Under the pieces are notes generated by a model that was given only the letters and a program-made list of their open reading frames with translations, made no database searches and was not told the origin of the DNA. Source: Elusimicrobiota bacterium (GTDB lineage Bacteria; Elusimicrobiota; Elusimicrobia; F11). Taken from it: DNA of 64,000 nt. The DNA lies in NCBI GenBank assembly GCA_022072025.1, contig JAJVIP010000001.1, forward strand, positions 4,729-68,728. Reading direction: 5' to 3'. Of this stretch, positions 17,994 to 27,022 are shown piece after piece. How positions within the stretch are numbered: position 1 is the first letter of the stretch; each line of letters opens with the position of its first letter. The translations under genes and the position numbers were made by a program.

Positions 17994-18980
17994 TTATGGG
18001 ACGGCGACAATATCGAATACTTGATGGAGAATTTGATCCGAGTTTTTGTTTTCAGCTTCGGCTTCAAAACTGGGGATAATTCGGTGGCGCAGAACGTCAG
18101 GTCCGATGGCTTTCACATCTTCAGGGGTCACGTAACCTCGCCCTTTGATAAAGGCAAATGCTTTGGAAGCGAGGGCCAGCGCGATGGTGGCCCTCGGTGA
18201 AGCGCCGTAAGAGATGAGAGACTTTAGGTCGGCCATATTGAAATGACCGGGGTCTCGTGTCGCAAACACCAAATCGAGGATATAGTTTTTTATTTTGTCA
18301 TCCATGTATATTTCTCGAACCACAGTTCGAACTTCTTCTATTCGTTCGGGTGTCACAATTTTCCTGGCCTTTTCTTCAAGGCCAGACTTTTTCTCAAGAA
18401 TCGTTCGTTCGTCGTCACGGGTGGGATAGGTGATTGAAAGTTTTAACATGAAGCGGTCCACCTGAGCTTCGGGCAATGGATAGGTCCCTTCTTGTTCAAT
18501 GGGGTTTTGAGTCGCCAAAACGAGAAAGGGGCTGGGAAGAGGATAGGTGGTGTCCCCGATCGTAACTTGTTTTTCTTGCATGGCTTCAAGCAAGGCGGAT
18601 TGTACTTTAGCGGGGGCACGGTTTATTTCATCGGCGAGAATAATATTGGCGAAGATCGGCCCTTTTTTAATGGAAAAATCTCCAGATTTGGGATTGTAGA
18701 CCAGGGTTCCTATCAGATCTGATGGAAGAAGGTCCGGCGTGAATTGAACTCGTTGGAATTTTGCGTCAATGGTATCGGCCAGCGTTTTTACGGTTAGAGT
18801 TTTGGCCAGTCCCGGAACCCCTTCCAATAAAATATGTCCATCCCCTAAGAGCCCGACGAGCAACCTTTCCATAATTGCGCGTTGACCCACCACCACTTTT
18901 CCTATTTCTTGAAAGAGTTCTTCAATAAAAATGCTCTCTTTGCGTACTTTTTCATTGATTGCTCGAATATCTTGAGCCAT
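17994..18980 (-). CDS. MoxR-family AAA+ ATPase
   Basis: 328 aa. It has a Walker A motif (GVPGLAKT), the QFTPDLLPSDLIG block and a Walker B motif (ILADEINRA). A GGAGGAG SD lies upstream. Confidence 0.92.
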   Translation of the reverse strand: MAQDIRAINEKVRKESIFIEELFQEIGKVVVGQRAIMERLLVGLLGDGHILLEGVPGLAKTLTVKTLADTIDAKFQRVQFTPDLLPSDLIGTLVYNPKSGDFSIKKGPIFANIILADEINRAPAKVQSALLEAMQEKQVTIGDTTYPLPSPFLVLATQNPIEQEGTYPLPEAQVDRFMLKLSITYPTRDDERTILEKKSGLEEKARKIVTPERIEEVRTVVREIYMDDKIKNYILDLVFATRDPGHFNMADLKSLISYGASPRATIALALASKAFAFIKGRGYVTPEDVKAIGPDVLRHRIIPSFEAEAENKNSDQILHQVFDIVAVP

Positions 18981-19073
18981 GGATCTCCTCCGTTTATATT
19001 CGACATTCCCACCTTTAATGGAATGCCCATGTCTGGTTTATATTTTAAAAAAACCTTTTTCTTTTTTTCAAAT

Positions 19074-20294
19074 CTAACGGAAACGTCGGCTGCTACCAGT
19101 GGGAATGCGACGGCGAAACTTTCCAAAACTTTCGGCCAATGATTTTGGTTTAGAGATGAGTTGTGGTTGGACCAAATATGGGAAATTGGGGATGACTCCG
19201 CGGGGCAATGTTTTGTTGATGAATTTTTCAATTCGTTTGAGATAGGGTTCCTCATCTGGGGCCACCAGCGTGAAGGCGTCGCCGGAAGCGTCGGCTCGGC
19301 CGGTTCGGCCGATGCGGTGCACATAGTCTTCGGGGTGCTGGGGAACGTCAAAATTGATGACATGACTGATGTCTTTGATATCGATACCGCGAGAGGCGAT
19401 GTCGGTGGCAACAAGAATTTGGAATTTTTTGGCGCGAAAACCTTCGAGAGCCGCGTATCGCTCTGATTGGCTTTTGTTCGAGTGAATCACTCCGACTGAT
19501 TTCCCCATTTTTATAAGCCTCATGACCAGGTGATCAGCCCCATGTTTGGTGCGGCAAAATATAAGAGCGGAACTGATGCTGGCATTTTCGAAAATGGCTT
19601 GTAGCAAGGCTTCTTTTTGAGAACGGGATATGGGGTAAATCATTTGCGCGACATTGGATGAAGGCAGAGAAGGAGACAAGTCCACGATTTTGGGTTCGTT
19701 TAAAAAGGTGGTCACAAGCGCTTGGATTTCGGGTGGAAATGTGGCCGAGAAAAGCATGGTCTGTTTTTTTGGGGGGCAGGCCGATAAGATGCGTCGAATA
19801 TCCGGGAGAAATCCCATATCCAACATGCGGTCGGCTTCGTCTAAGACCAGCGTCGACACGGATTTGAGGTTAAAGGTGTGTTGCTGCATATGATCAAGCA
19901 AACGTCCTGGTGTGGCCGCGATGATCTGCGCGCCAGCGCGAATTTGGCGGGTTTGTTTTTCAAAACTGGCTCCCCCCACGATCACGGCGCAACGGAGGTT
20001 TGTGAATTTTCCGGCATCTCGCACCACCGTTTCCACTTGAACAGCCAATTCCCGCGTGGGAACCACGATTAAGGCGGAGGGACGCGTGGAGGGTTGTTCT
20101 ATGAGAAGTTTATTGAGGATGGGCAGAGTGAATGCGATGGTTTTACCGGATCCCGTCTGCGCGCAAGCGCGGATGTCGTGACCCAGTAAGGCGTGAGGAA
20201 TGGCCTGTTCTTGAACAGGCGTGGGTTGGGTGAATCCCAGTGCTTCCACCGCTTGAATCAATCGGGGGTCCAGGTTAAATTCGGAAAATAGCAT
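19074..20294 (-). CDS. DEAD-box ATP-dependent RNA helicase (RhlE-like)
   Basis: 406 aa with a Q-motif region, AQTGSGKT, VLDEADRMLD, SAT and HRIGRTGRA motifs. Confidence 0.92.
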   Translation of the reverse strand: MLFSEFNLDPRLIQAVEALGFTQPTPVQEQAIPHALLGHDIRACAQTGSGKTIAFTLPILNKLLIEQPSTRPSALIVVPTRELAVQVETVVRDAGKFTNLRCAVIVGGASFEKQTRQIRAGAQIIAATPGRLLDHMQQHTFNLKSVSTLVLDEADRMLDMGFLPDIRRILSACPPKKQTMLFSATFPPEIQALVTTFLNEPKIVDLSPSLPSSNVAQMIYPISRSQKEALLQAIFENASISSALIFCRTKHGADHLVMRLIKMGKSVGVIHSNKSQSERYAALEGFRAKKFQILVATDIASRGIDIKDISHVINFDVPQHPEDYVHRIGRTGRADASGDAFTLVAPDEEPYLKRIEKFINKTLPRGVIPNFPYLVQPQLISKPKSLAESFGKFRRRIPTGSSRRFR

Positions 20295-20300
20295 GAGTGT

Positions 20301-21173
20301 TTAAGGTCTCAAAATGTCAACGATTGTCGGTTTGGAGTAGATGCCTGCTCGATAGGCCCGGTCGAACAACAAGTTGAGGGCATTTTCACCTTCGGCGCCC
20401 AACTCCAAGGTGTCGGCATTGACATACATTCCCACAAACTTTTCTCCCAACCCTTTTTGCAATCCTCGGCCATATTTGAGAGCGAATTGGACCGCGTTGT
20501 CTTTGTCCTGGTTGGCAGCTTCGATGCTTTCCTTAAGTCCTTTCCATATAAGCAAGGCTTGATCGTGTCCCAAATCTTTGCGAACCACATCCAATCCGAG
20601 TGGAATGGGGAGATGGGTGTCGTTAAACCATTCCACTCCCAAATCTGTAATTTTCTCAAGCCCCAAACTTTCGTAGGTGAGTTGAGCCTCATGGATCAAA
20701 AGGCCATAGTCCACCTCCCCACGAATGATAGCTTGAGGAATTTGATCAAAACGCATTTCAACGGGTTGATAGGCTGAGCAGTAGAGACGCAGAAGCAAAT
20801 AGGCCGTGGTGTTTTTCCCTGGAATACCGATCTTTTTTGTTTTTGGATTGGGGTTCCCCACTCTGCGGACCACAATGGGGCCATATCTACGGCCGACACT
20901 GGCGCCGGTGGGCATAATCCAATAGTTGTTTTGCAGCAATGGATAAACCGCCGTCGAGATGGCGGTCACTTCAATTTCAGATTTCATCGCCTTTTTGTTC
21001 AAGGACTCAATGTCTTCAAGAACATTTTCAATGGCGTATCCGGGAATCGTCACTTTGCCCGATGCAAACCCATAGAACATATAGGCGTCGTCAGGATCAG
21101 GCGTGTGCCCAATCCGAAGCAGTTTCGTTTCAGAAGACATTGAAGGTGTTGTCATGGTTGGAGAAGAGTTCAT
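20301..21173 (-). CDS. mqnD: MqnD-like protein (1,4-dihydroxy-6-naphthoate synthase family, MqnA/MqnD/SBP fold)
   Basis: 290 aa. It aligns by eye with my recollection of Thermus MqnD (LEDIESLNKKA, NTTAYLLLRLY, LIHEAQLTY, VNADTLELGAEGENALNLLF). The N-terminal box is GHTPDPDD instead of SPCPND. Confidence 0.6.
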   Translation of the reverse strand: MNSSPTMTTPSMSSETKLLRIGHTPDPDDAYMFYGFASGKVTIPGYAIENVLEDIESLNKKAMKSEIEVTAISTAVYPLLQNNYWIMPTGASVGRRYGPIVVRRVGNPNPKTKKIGIPGKNTTAYLLLRLYCSAYQPVEMRFDQIPQAIIRGEVDYGLLIHEAQLTYESLGLEKITDLGVEWFNDTHLPIPLGLDVVRKDLGHDQALLIWKGLKESIEAANQDKDNAVQFALKYGRGLQKGLGEKFVGMYVNADTLELGAEGENALNLLFDRAYRAGIYSKPTIVDILRP

Positions 21174-22654
21174 TTGGATAAATTTAAAATATGGTGAAGC
21201 AAGGTTCGAATCAAAACGCCTGTGGCGCCCACATCAGAAAGGGTTGTTGGGGTCGAGGTCCAACCTGTGGAGGCTATGTCCAAATGAGCCCAGGGTAGCT
21301 TGTCATCTACAAATTCTTTGAGAAAAAGCCCAGCCATAATTGTCCCAGCTTGACCCAAGGGACCGATATTTTTGAGATCGGCCACCTGGCTTTTAAGCAG
21401 CGGCGCATATTCCTTTTCCAGAGGGAGTTCCCACAGTTTTTCCCCCGCCTTCTGGGAGGCGTTTATGAGATTTTTAACCAAACCCGGATCGTTACCCATA
21501 ATTCCAGCAATTTGGTTTCCGAGCGCCACGATGCAAGCCCCTGTCAGGGTTGCGATATCGATCACTTGATCCAGTTTTTGAGTTGAGGCGAAGCTCAGCG
21601 CGTCGGCCAGGATCAAGCGGCCTTCTGCATCGGTGTTGAGAACCTCAATCGTTTTTCCTTTCATGGTGCGAAGGACGTCTCCGGGTTTGACGGCATTTTC
21701 GCCCGGCATATTTTCAGTCAGGGGTGTAAAGCCATGAACTTGAACGCCAGATGGTTGAAGATGGGACAAGGCCCGAAAAATGGCCAAAACCGAAGCTGCC
21801 CCGGACATGTCATATTTCATCGTTTCCATTGATCCCGCCGGTTTTAATGAAAGCCCCCCGGAATCAAAGGTAATTCCCTTGCCGCATAGGCCAATGCGTT
21901 TTTTGACGGGCCCTTTGGGTCGATAAATGAGATGAAGAAAATAAGGAGGTTGGCCTGATCCTCGGTTGACGCCCAGAAGCGCTCCCATGCCCAATTTATT
22001 TATCTGAGTCTTATTGAAAATCTGCAGAGAAATATTCTTTCCTTTGAGGGAGCGGGCTTCATTCACCAGATGGAGAGGGGTGCAATCACTGGGCGGTCGA
22101 TTGATAAGATTTCTAGCAAAACAAACAGAATCGGCAAAATGATGGCCCAAATCAAGTCCCTTTTGGAGAGAACGCGCCTCCTCAGAATTTTTGGCCAGAA
22201 GTGTGAGGGTTGTTAAGGGGGCGGGAGGCGTTGGTTTTGATTGAAAACCTGTGAACCGGTAGAGTCCCAGTTGAAATCCTTCCGCGGCAGCTTGTCCCAA
22301 CTCTTCGGGAGTCCCCAATTGTTCTGGGGCTCTGGTGAGCAACTGGGTGGCGTTGAGTGGAGAGATGGTTTTCGTTCCCTGCGCACAGGCTCGTCGAAGT
22401 TGATCCAACGTGGCGTCTTTTTCGATTCCCAATCCGATGAAAACAATCTTTTTAAAGTGGTTATCTCGCGATGAAACGGAAATGGTTTGTCCCGTTTTTC
22501 CGGTGAAACCATCTTCACATGCTTCCTGAAAGGCTCGCTCTATCCAAGCTCCATACAGATGGGTCCCCACCGGTCGTTTGTTCTTTTCAAATGAGAAAAC
22601 AAGAAGATGACAACCCGAAGGGATTCGATTGACAACGGTGGTTATGAGGCGCAT
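21170..22654 (-). CDS. pepA: Leucyl aminopeptidase (M17)
   Basis: 494 aa with the M17 signature NTDAEGRLILADAL and the VGKGITFDSGG-type block (CGKGITFDSGG). Confidence 0.92.
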   Translation of the reverse strand: MRLITTVVNRIPSGCHLLVFSFEKNKRPVGTHLYGAWIERAFQEACEDGFTGKTGQTISVSSRDNHFKKIVFIGLGIEKDATLDQLRRACAQGTKTISPLNATQLLTRAPEQLGTPEELGQAAAEGFQLGLYRFTGFQSKPTPPAPLTTLTLLAKNSEEARSLQKGLDLGHHFADSVCFARNLINRPPSDCTPLHLVNEARSLKGKNISLQIFNKTQINKLGMGALLGVNRGSGQPPYFLHLIYRPKGPVKKRIGLCGKGITFDSGGLSLKPAGSMETMKYDMSGAASVLAIFRALSHLQPSGVQVHGFTPLTENMPGENAVKPGDVLRTMKGKTIEVLNTDAEGRLILADALSFASTQKLDQVIDIATLTGACIVALGNQIAGIMGNDPGLVKNLINASQKAGEKLWELPLEKEYAPLLKSQVADLKNIGPLGQAGTIMAGLFLKEFVDDKLPWAHLDIASTGWTSTPTTLSDVGATGVLIRTLLHHILNLSK

Positions 22655-22667
22655 GAGAAATGAGGCT

Positions 22668-23072
22668 TTATTGGCGTTCGAAGCGGGATTGGCAGTTGAT
22701 GCAGTAGCGGGCGTAGGGAATCGCTTTCAAACGGGCAACTGTGATTCGCTCTCCATTTCCTTCGCATATTCCGTAGACATTTTTTTCGATGCGTCTTAAC
22801 GCAGCTTCCACATCATCCAAGAGACGATGCTCATTGTCGGTCTGTTCAAATATGAGATCTCTAGCCAAAGAGCGCATGGCCACGTCCCCTTCATCTCCAA
22901 CTTCTGACTCAGGAATGGCTTCCTCTTTTTTCTTTTTGACGGTGCGCAACAAATTATCACGCATCTCTTCTAGTTTAACCCGATACCACTCCACATCTTC
23001 AATGGGTTCAACGGCCGCCTTCGTACCTTTGGATGATTTTGCAGATGATGTTTTATTTTCCTTTTTCTTCAT
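22668..23072 (-). CDS. DksA/TraR-family zinc-finger protein
   Basis: 134 aa. A coiled-coil region is followed by a C-terminal finger, CEGNGERI...CINCQ, in which the second Cys of the usual CxxC is Asn. Confidence 0.75.
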   Translation of the reverse strand: MKKKENKTSSAKSSKGTKAAVEPIEDVEWYRVKLEEMRDNLLRTVKKKKEEAIPESEVGDEGDVAMRSLARDLIFEQTDNEHRLLDDVEAALRRIEKNVYGICEGNGERITVARLKAIPYARYCINCQSRFERQ

Positions 23073-23137
23073 GATGTCCTTATTGATATTTGATTTTTTC
23101 CGACGAAATAATTTTGGGGGGCAGACAATACAAAAAA

Positions 23138-24637
23138 TTAGTGGGAGGCCACCACCCGGACTGTTTTTAATGCTTCGGCTTCTTGACCTGAAACACGAAC
23201 AGCCCGTTCCGTGAGATCTTCAAGATATTCCACAATTTCCGTTGTCACTCGTTCGCCGGGGATCAACACAGGAATACCCGGGGGATAGGGTGTTAAAGGT
23301 TGAGCTGATATATGCCCAATGGCTTTTCGAAGGGGAACACGTTTGGAACGGTAAAGGAGAAATACATCCCTGGGGTTCATAACCAATTCTGTGGAAAGAG
23401 ATGGAATGTTCAGAACCCAATTTTGGGCCTCTCCTTGCTTCATGTGATCAATTTGTTCCAAGGCTTTAACCAAAGAGTCCAAATCATGCCGGTCTGTTCC
23501 GGTTCCCGTGATAGCGATCAGGTTAAAAAGGTCGGCCGCATCCACCTGAATATTAAAATCTCTCGCTAAAATTTCAGAAATGTGTTGGCCGGAATATCCG
23601 GTGCGCGTGACGTTGATGGTCAGTTTGGTGAGGTCCAAATCAAACCCTTTGGCTTGAATCTCAGGACGCGTTAAACAGGTGAAGTGTTTGAGGTGATTGA
23701 TGGAAGTTCTGGCTCGTTCCACATTCTGGATTAACTTGTCTAATATTTTTTCACCTTGGTCCACCATTTGCCAACGCGCCAGATCCAAGGAAGCCAAGGT
23801 TAAATAATTCGGGCTGGTTGTTTGCAGCATGGAAATGATTCGTTTGACTCGAGAAACGTCCAGAATCTTGGAATTAAAATGAAGAACGGACCCTTGGGAA
23901 ATGGCGGCCAATGTTTTGTGGGTAGATTGAACGGCCATGTCCGCGCCGGATTCAATGGCGTCTGGCGGAAGATTTCGGTTGAAGTGAAGATGCGCGCCGT
24001 GCGCTTCATCCACCAATAACACTTTTCCTCTCGCATGACAGATTTCAGCTATTTTTTTTAGATTGGTGGTCACGCCGTTATAAGTGGGGCTTGTCACGAA
24101 GACTGCCTTTGCCTCTGGAAATTGTTTGAGTGTTTTTTCCACTTGTTCGGGCGTGGAATCAAACAGAATATCCATGTTCTGGTCCACAGTGGGCTGAATC
24201 CAAAGTGGCCATACACCTGAAAGGACGATGCCCCCCAATGTGGATTTGTGGGCGTTTCTTGAAATGATCAAGGATTCACCTGGCCTGCAAGCGGCCATTA
24301 TCATGGCCATGTTCCCAACCGAGGAACCATTCACCAGGAAAAAGGATTGTTCGGCGTTATACGCTTTTGCCATTAAGGTTTGAGCCCGTTTGATGGGACC
24401 GGTAGGATCGTGGAGTGAGTCAACTTCGGGAAAAACAGTGACGTCTAAAGAAAATAGATTTCGGCCTGTAAAGGAGGCCAGTTTTTTATCGACGCCTTTT
24501 CCGTTCTTATGCCCAGGGGTGTGGAAAGAAATAACTTTTCGACGAGCGTGGTCCAAAAGTGTGTCCAGGAGGGGTGTCTTATTCTGGTTAATTTTAAGGT
24601 TCTGCCCAGTGCCGTTCAATTTCTTCTTTTTATTCAT
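23138..24637 (-). CDS. PLP-dependent Orn/Lys/Arg decarboxylase family protein
   Basis: 499 aa. It shows fold-type I decarboxylase blocks (FHTPGHKNG, LVDEAHGAH, QSTHKTL containing the PLP lysine). Confidence 0.85.
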   Translation of the reverse strand: MNKKKKLNGTGQNLKINQNKTPLLDTLLDHARRKVISFHTPGHKNGKGVDKKLASFTGRNLFSLDVTVFPEVDSLHDPTGPIKRAQTLMAKAYNAEQSFFLVNGSSVGNMAMIMAACRPGESLIISRNAHKSTLGGIVLSGVWPLWIQPTVDQNMDILFDSTPEQVEKTLKQFPEAKAVFVTSPTYNGVTTNLKKIAEICHARGKVLLVDEAHGAHLHFNRNLPPDAIESGADMAVQSTHKTLAAISQGSVLHFNSKILDVSRVKRIISMLQTTSPNYLTLASLDLARWQMVDQGEKILDKLIQNVERARTSINHLKHFTCLTRPEIQAKGFDLDLTKLTINVTRTGYSGQHISEILARDFNIQVDAADLFNLIAITGTGTDRHDLDSLVKALEQIDHMKQGEAQNWVLNIPSLSTELVMNPRDVFLLYRSKRVPLRKAIGHISAQPLTPYPPGIPVLIPGERVTTEIVEYLEDLTERAVRVSGQEAEALKTVRVVASH

Positions 24638-24707
24638 GTGTGTTGGAGTTCTCCAAGGGTGCGATTATTAAAAATTAATGAAGGTCTTGTGCAAATAATT
24701 AATTTTG

Positions 24708-26549
24708 TCAGTCTGTGAAGAGGATGGAGACGCCGGTCCAGTATGTTCTTTCTGGTTGAGGAGAGAGAACGGAGGTTGTTCCCCCTCCGGAATTTGGATT
24801 TTTCCCAATGGCTTCGGCATAGCGTTCTCTTAAAATGTTGTTGATCGCAAAATAGAGGTCAGCAGAAAGAATCTTAAATGTTATTCGAGCGTTCCAGAGC
24901 GTAGACGCGGGGATCTTAAGACCTTGGCGATTGTCCAGTTCATATTGATCCGCCTGATGTTGAATTTCATTTTCGAGAAATATTTTTCTAGGGAAATGTT
25001 TAATCCATTTGGCTGAAAATAGGTCCTGCGGGGACAAGGCAGAGTCGACGAAGCCGGAGGTCGAGGGAAGAGAACGTTCACTGTTTTGGTGTGTCCAATG
25101 GAATGAAAACACATGTCTTCGGATGGGGTCATTTCCCAAGGTAAGATCGATTTCTGTTTCCAAACCGCGAGATTTTTCTGTGCCCCCGTTGGTCCAAGTT
25201 AAATTGGAATCGGGGGCGATTAAATTGGATTTTTCGACAAAAAATGCGGTTGACTTGACCTGTAACTTCTCTTTGGGTTTCCATTGAAACCCAATATCTG
25301 AATGCACACTTTTTTCGTCTTTCAGTTGAGGATTCATGGCAATGGCGCTTGATAGAAAAAGTTCCTCAAAGGAAGGAGGGCGGTGCGATCTTTGCCGTGT
25401 GGCTGAAATCAAGAAAGAGGAACGGGGATGATAGATAAAAGTGATACGTGGAGATAAAAAATTCCCGGATCTTGAGTGATGATCAAGCCGAAGGCCTGGG
25501 GCAAGGGTAAATATTTTATTGGACCAGCGACCTGTTGCGTACGTTCCATTTTGATAAACAACCTTGGTGTCTTCAGGGTAGATTTGCCGTTTGAGTTGTT
25601 GAGAGCGGAATCCCAAATCAAATATCGATTTTTTCCATGAGAGATCGAAAGTGGAAGCGTTGCTGTCTTCATCACGCAAAGCGACCCCATCTCTCGTTTC
25701 GCGATCTTTGTGATTTCGATAACGATCCGTATAGGTGGCGGTGGTTGTGCCGCCTGCCACCAAGGGGTAGGAAACAAACAATTTTAACTGTTGGGTCTCA
25801 ACGGTGCGTTGCCTAAAGTGGGTTGATGATTCTCGCTCTAATTTCCCATTCCACTGTGAAAAAGGAACCGGCGTTCCGTTGGATACACCCACTTGCGAAT
25901 CATGATAAAAATAATCTCCCCCCCAGTAGCCTTTTCCATTAAACGAGCGAGTGAAATTCGCGTAATGATCGGTGGCATCATAATCTTCATTATCAGAAAA
26001 ACCGCTTGAGGCGGCGAGGCTCGGCGTGTAGGTAAGGTCGCCCCAATGGGTGCGGCTTTTAATTTTGCCGACGTGTTTTTTAGCACCGTCCCGTCCAACG
26101 CCGGTTCCCAGGTCCGCTATAAAGCCTTTTTGATTGGGTCGGGTGGTGATGATGTGGATGGTGCCTCCCACCGCTTCGGCGCTGTAGATTAAGGGGGCTC
26201 CTCCGCGCGTGATCTCAATGCGGTCCACCATCGCGAGCGGAATTTCGGATAGGTCAACAAGCGTGTTGTATTCATGGGTTAAAGGAACCCCATCCACCAT
26301 TACCAGCACATTGTTGGTACTGGAGAGGCCTCTCAATTTGGGCAAGATTTTTGTTCCCCGAGAGCCGTCCTGCTCCAGTTTTAACGAGGTGACCCCTCGC
26401 AACGCATCTCCCACCGAATAATAATGTTGGGCAAGAAAATCTTCTTGCGTCAGCACGGTGACACTGGTGGGTAATGGGGATTGAGCTTGAATGAAGGAGA
26501 CCGCTCCCAGCAAGCAAACCAGGGCCGGTCGAAAACCAATAATCTTCAA
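24708..26549 (-). CDS. TonB-dependent outer-membrane receptor
   Basis: 613 aa with a signal peptide. The plug-domain blocks are present (VTVLTQEDF, RGLSSTNNVLVMVDGVPL, IEITRGGAPLIYSAEAVGGTIHIIT), followed by a long beta-barrel region. Confidence 0.88.
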   Translation of the reverse strand: MKIIGFRPALVCLLGAVSFIQAQSPLPTSVTVLTQEDFLAQHYYSVGDALRGVTSLKLEQDGSRGTKILPKLRGLSSTNNVLVMVDGVPLTHEYNTLVDLSEIPLAMVDRIEITRGGAPLIYSAEAVGGTIHIITTRPNQKGFIADLGTGVGRDGAKKHVGKIKSRTHWGDLTYTPSLAASSGFSDNEDYDATDHYANFTRSFNGKGYWGGDYFYHDSQVGVSNGTPVPFSQWNGKLERESSTHFRQRTVETQQLKLFVSYPLVAGGTTTATYTDRYRNHKDRETRDGVALRDEDSNASTFDLSWKKSIFDLGFRSQQLKRQIYPEDTKVVYQNGTYATGRWSNKIFTLAPGLRLDHHSRSGNFLSPRITFIYHPRSSFLISATRQRSHRPPSFEELFLSSAIAMNPQLKDEKSVHSDIGFQWKPKEKLQVKSTAFFVEKSNLIAPDSNLTWTNGGTEKSRGLETEIDLTLGNDPIRRHVFSFHWTHQNSERSLPSTSGFVDSALSPQDLFSAKWIKHFPRKIFLENEIQHQADQYELDNRQGLKIPASTLWNARITFKILSADLYFAINNILRERYAEAIGKNPNSGGGTTSVLSPQPERTYWTGVSILFTD

Positions 26550-27022
26550 GGAGTCAGCGGCTTAACCGTGATAAGGGACTTCCCTTCTTTGGTGTATTTG
26601 TTGTTGGGATCTTTTATTCGTTTGCCATCAACCACATATAAATATACGTAGGGGCCGGGCTTGAGTGAAAGGGTGATTTCCCACCCCTTTTCCTTTTTTT
26701 CTAAGGATTGACGTTTCCAATCATTAAAATCGCCCACAATATGAACTGACTTGGCAGAGGGGCGTGGAAATCGAAATAAAATATTCCGTGTTGGACTCTC
26801 TGGGAGTGAATCTTGGGCCGGGATTTCAGGAGAAGTCGGAGGAAGAGGCGTCTCGGGCGATTCGGTTTTCGCTGGTGTTTCCGTCACGGGTGGGGTTTCA
26901 ATGGGTTTTTCTTGGGAGGAAGGATGTTGAACGATAGGCAATTTCGTAACGAAGTAATAACCCGAGGCGATAATAGCCAACAGGGATAAAAGCATGATGC
27001 CACCCCAAAACGATTTTTTCAT
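26546..27022 (-). CDS. Membrane-anchored Pro-rich protein with a C-terminal CBM48/AMPK-beta-like (E-set) domain
   Basis: 158 aa. The layout is a TM segment (GGIMLLSLLAIIASGYYFV), a P/E/T-rich spacer and then VHIVGDFNDWKRQ...LKPGPYVYLYVVDGKRIKDP, which resembles the glycogen-binding-module signature. Its stop overlaps the receptor gene start. Confidence 0.6.
   Translation of the reverse strand: MKKSFWGGIMLLSLLAIIASGYYFVTKLPIVQHPSSQEKPIETPPVTETPAKTESPETPLPPTSPEIPAQDSLPESPTRNILFRFPRPSAKSVHIVGDFNDWKRQSLEKKEKGWEITLSLKPGPYVYLYVVDGKRIKDPNNKYTKEGKSLITVKPLTP

Noticed and set aside
22668-23072. The DksA-like protein has only three of the four canonical zinc-finger cysteines (CEGNGE instead of CxxCGE).
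   Set aside because: Cys-poor DksA paralogues are already known. This is a minor variant, and my alignment by eye could be off by a residue.
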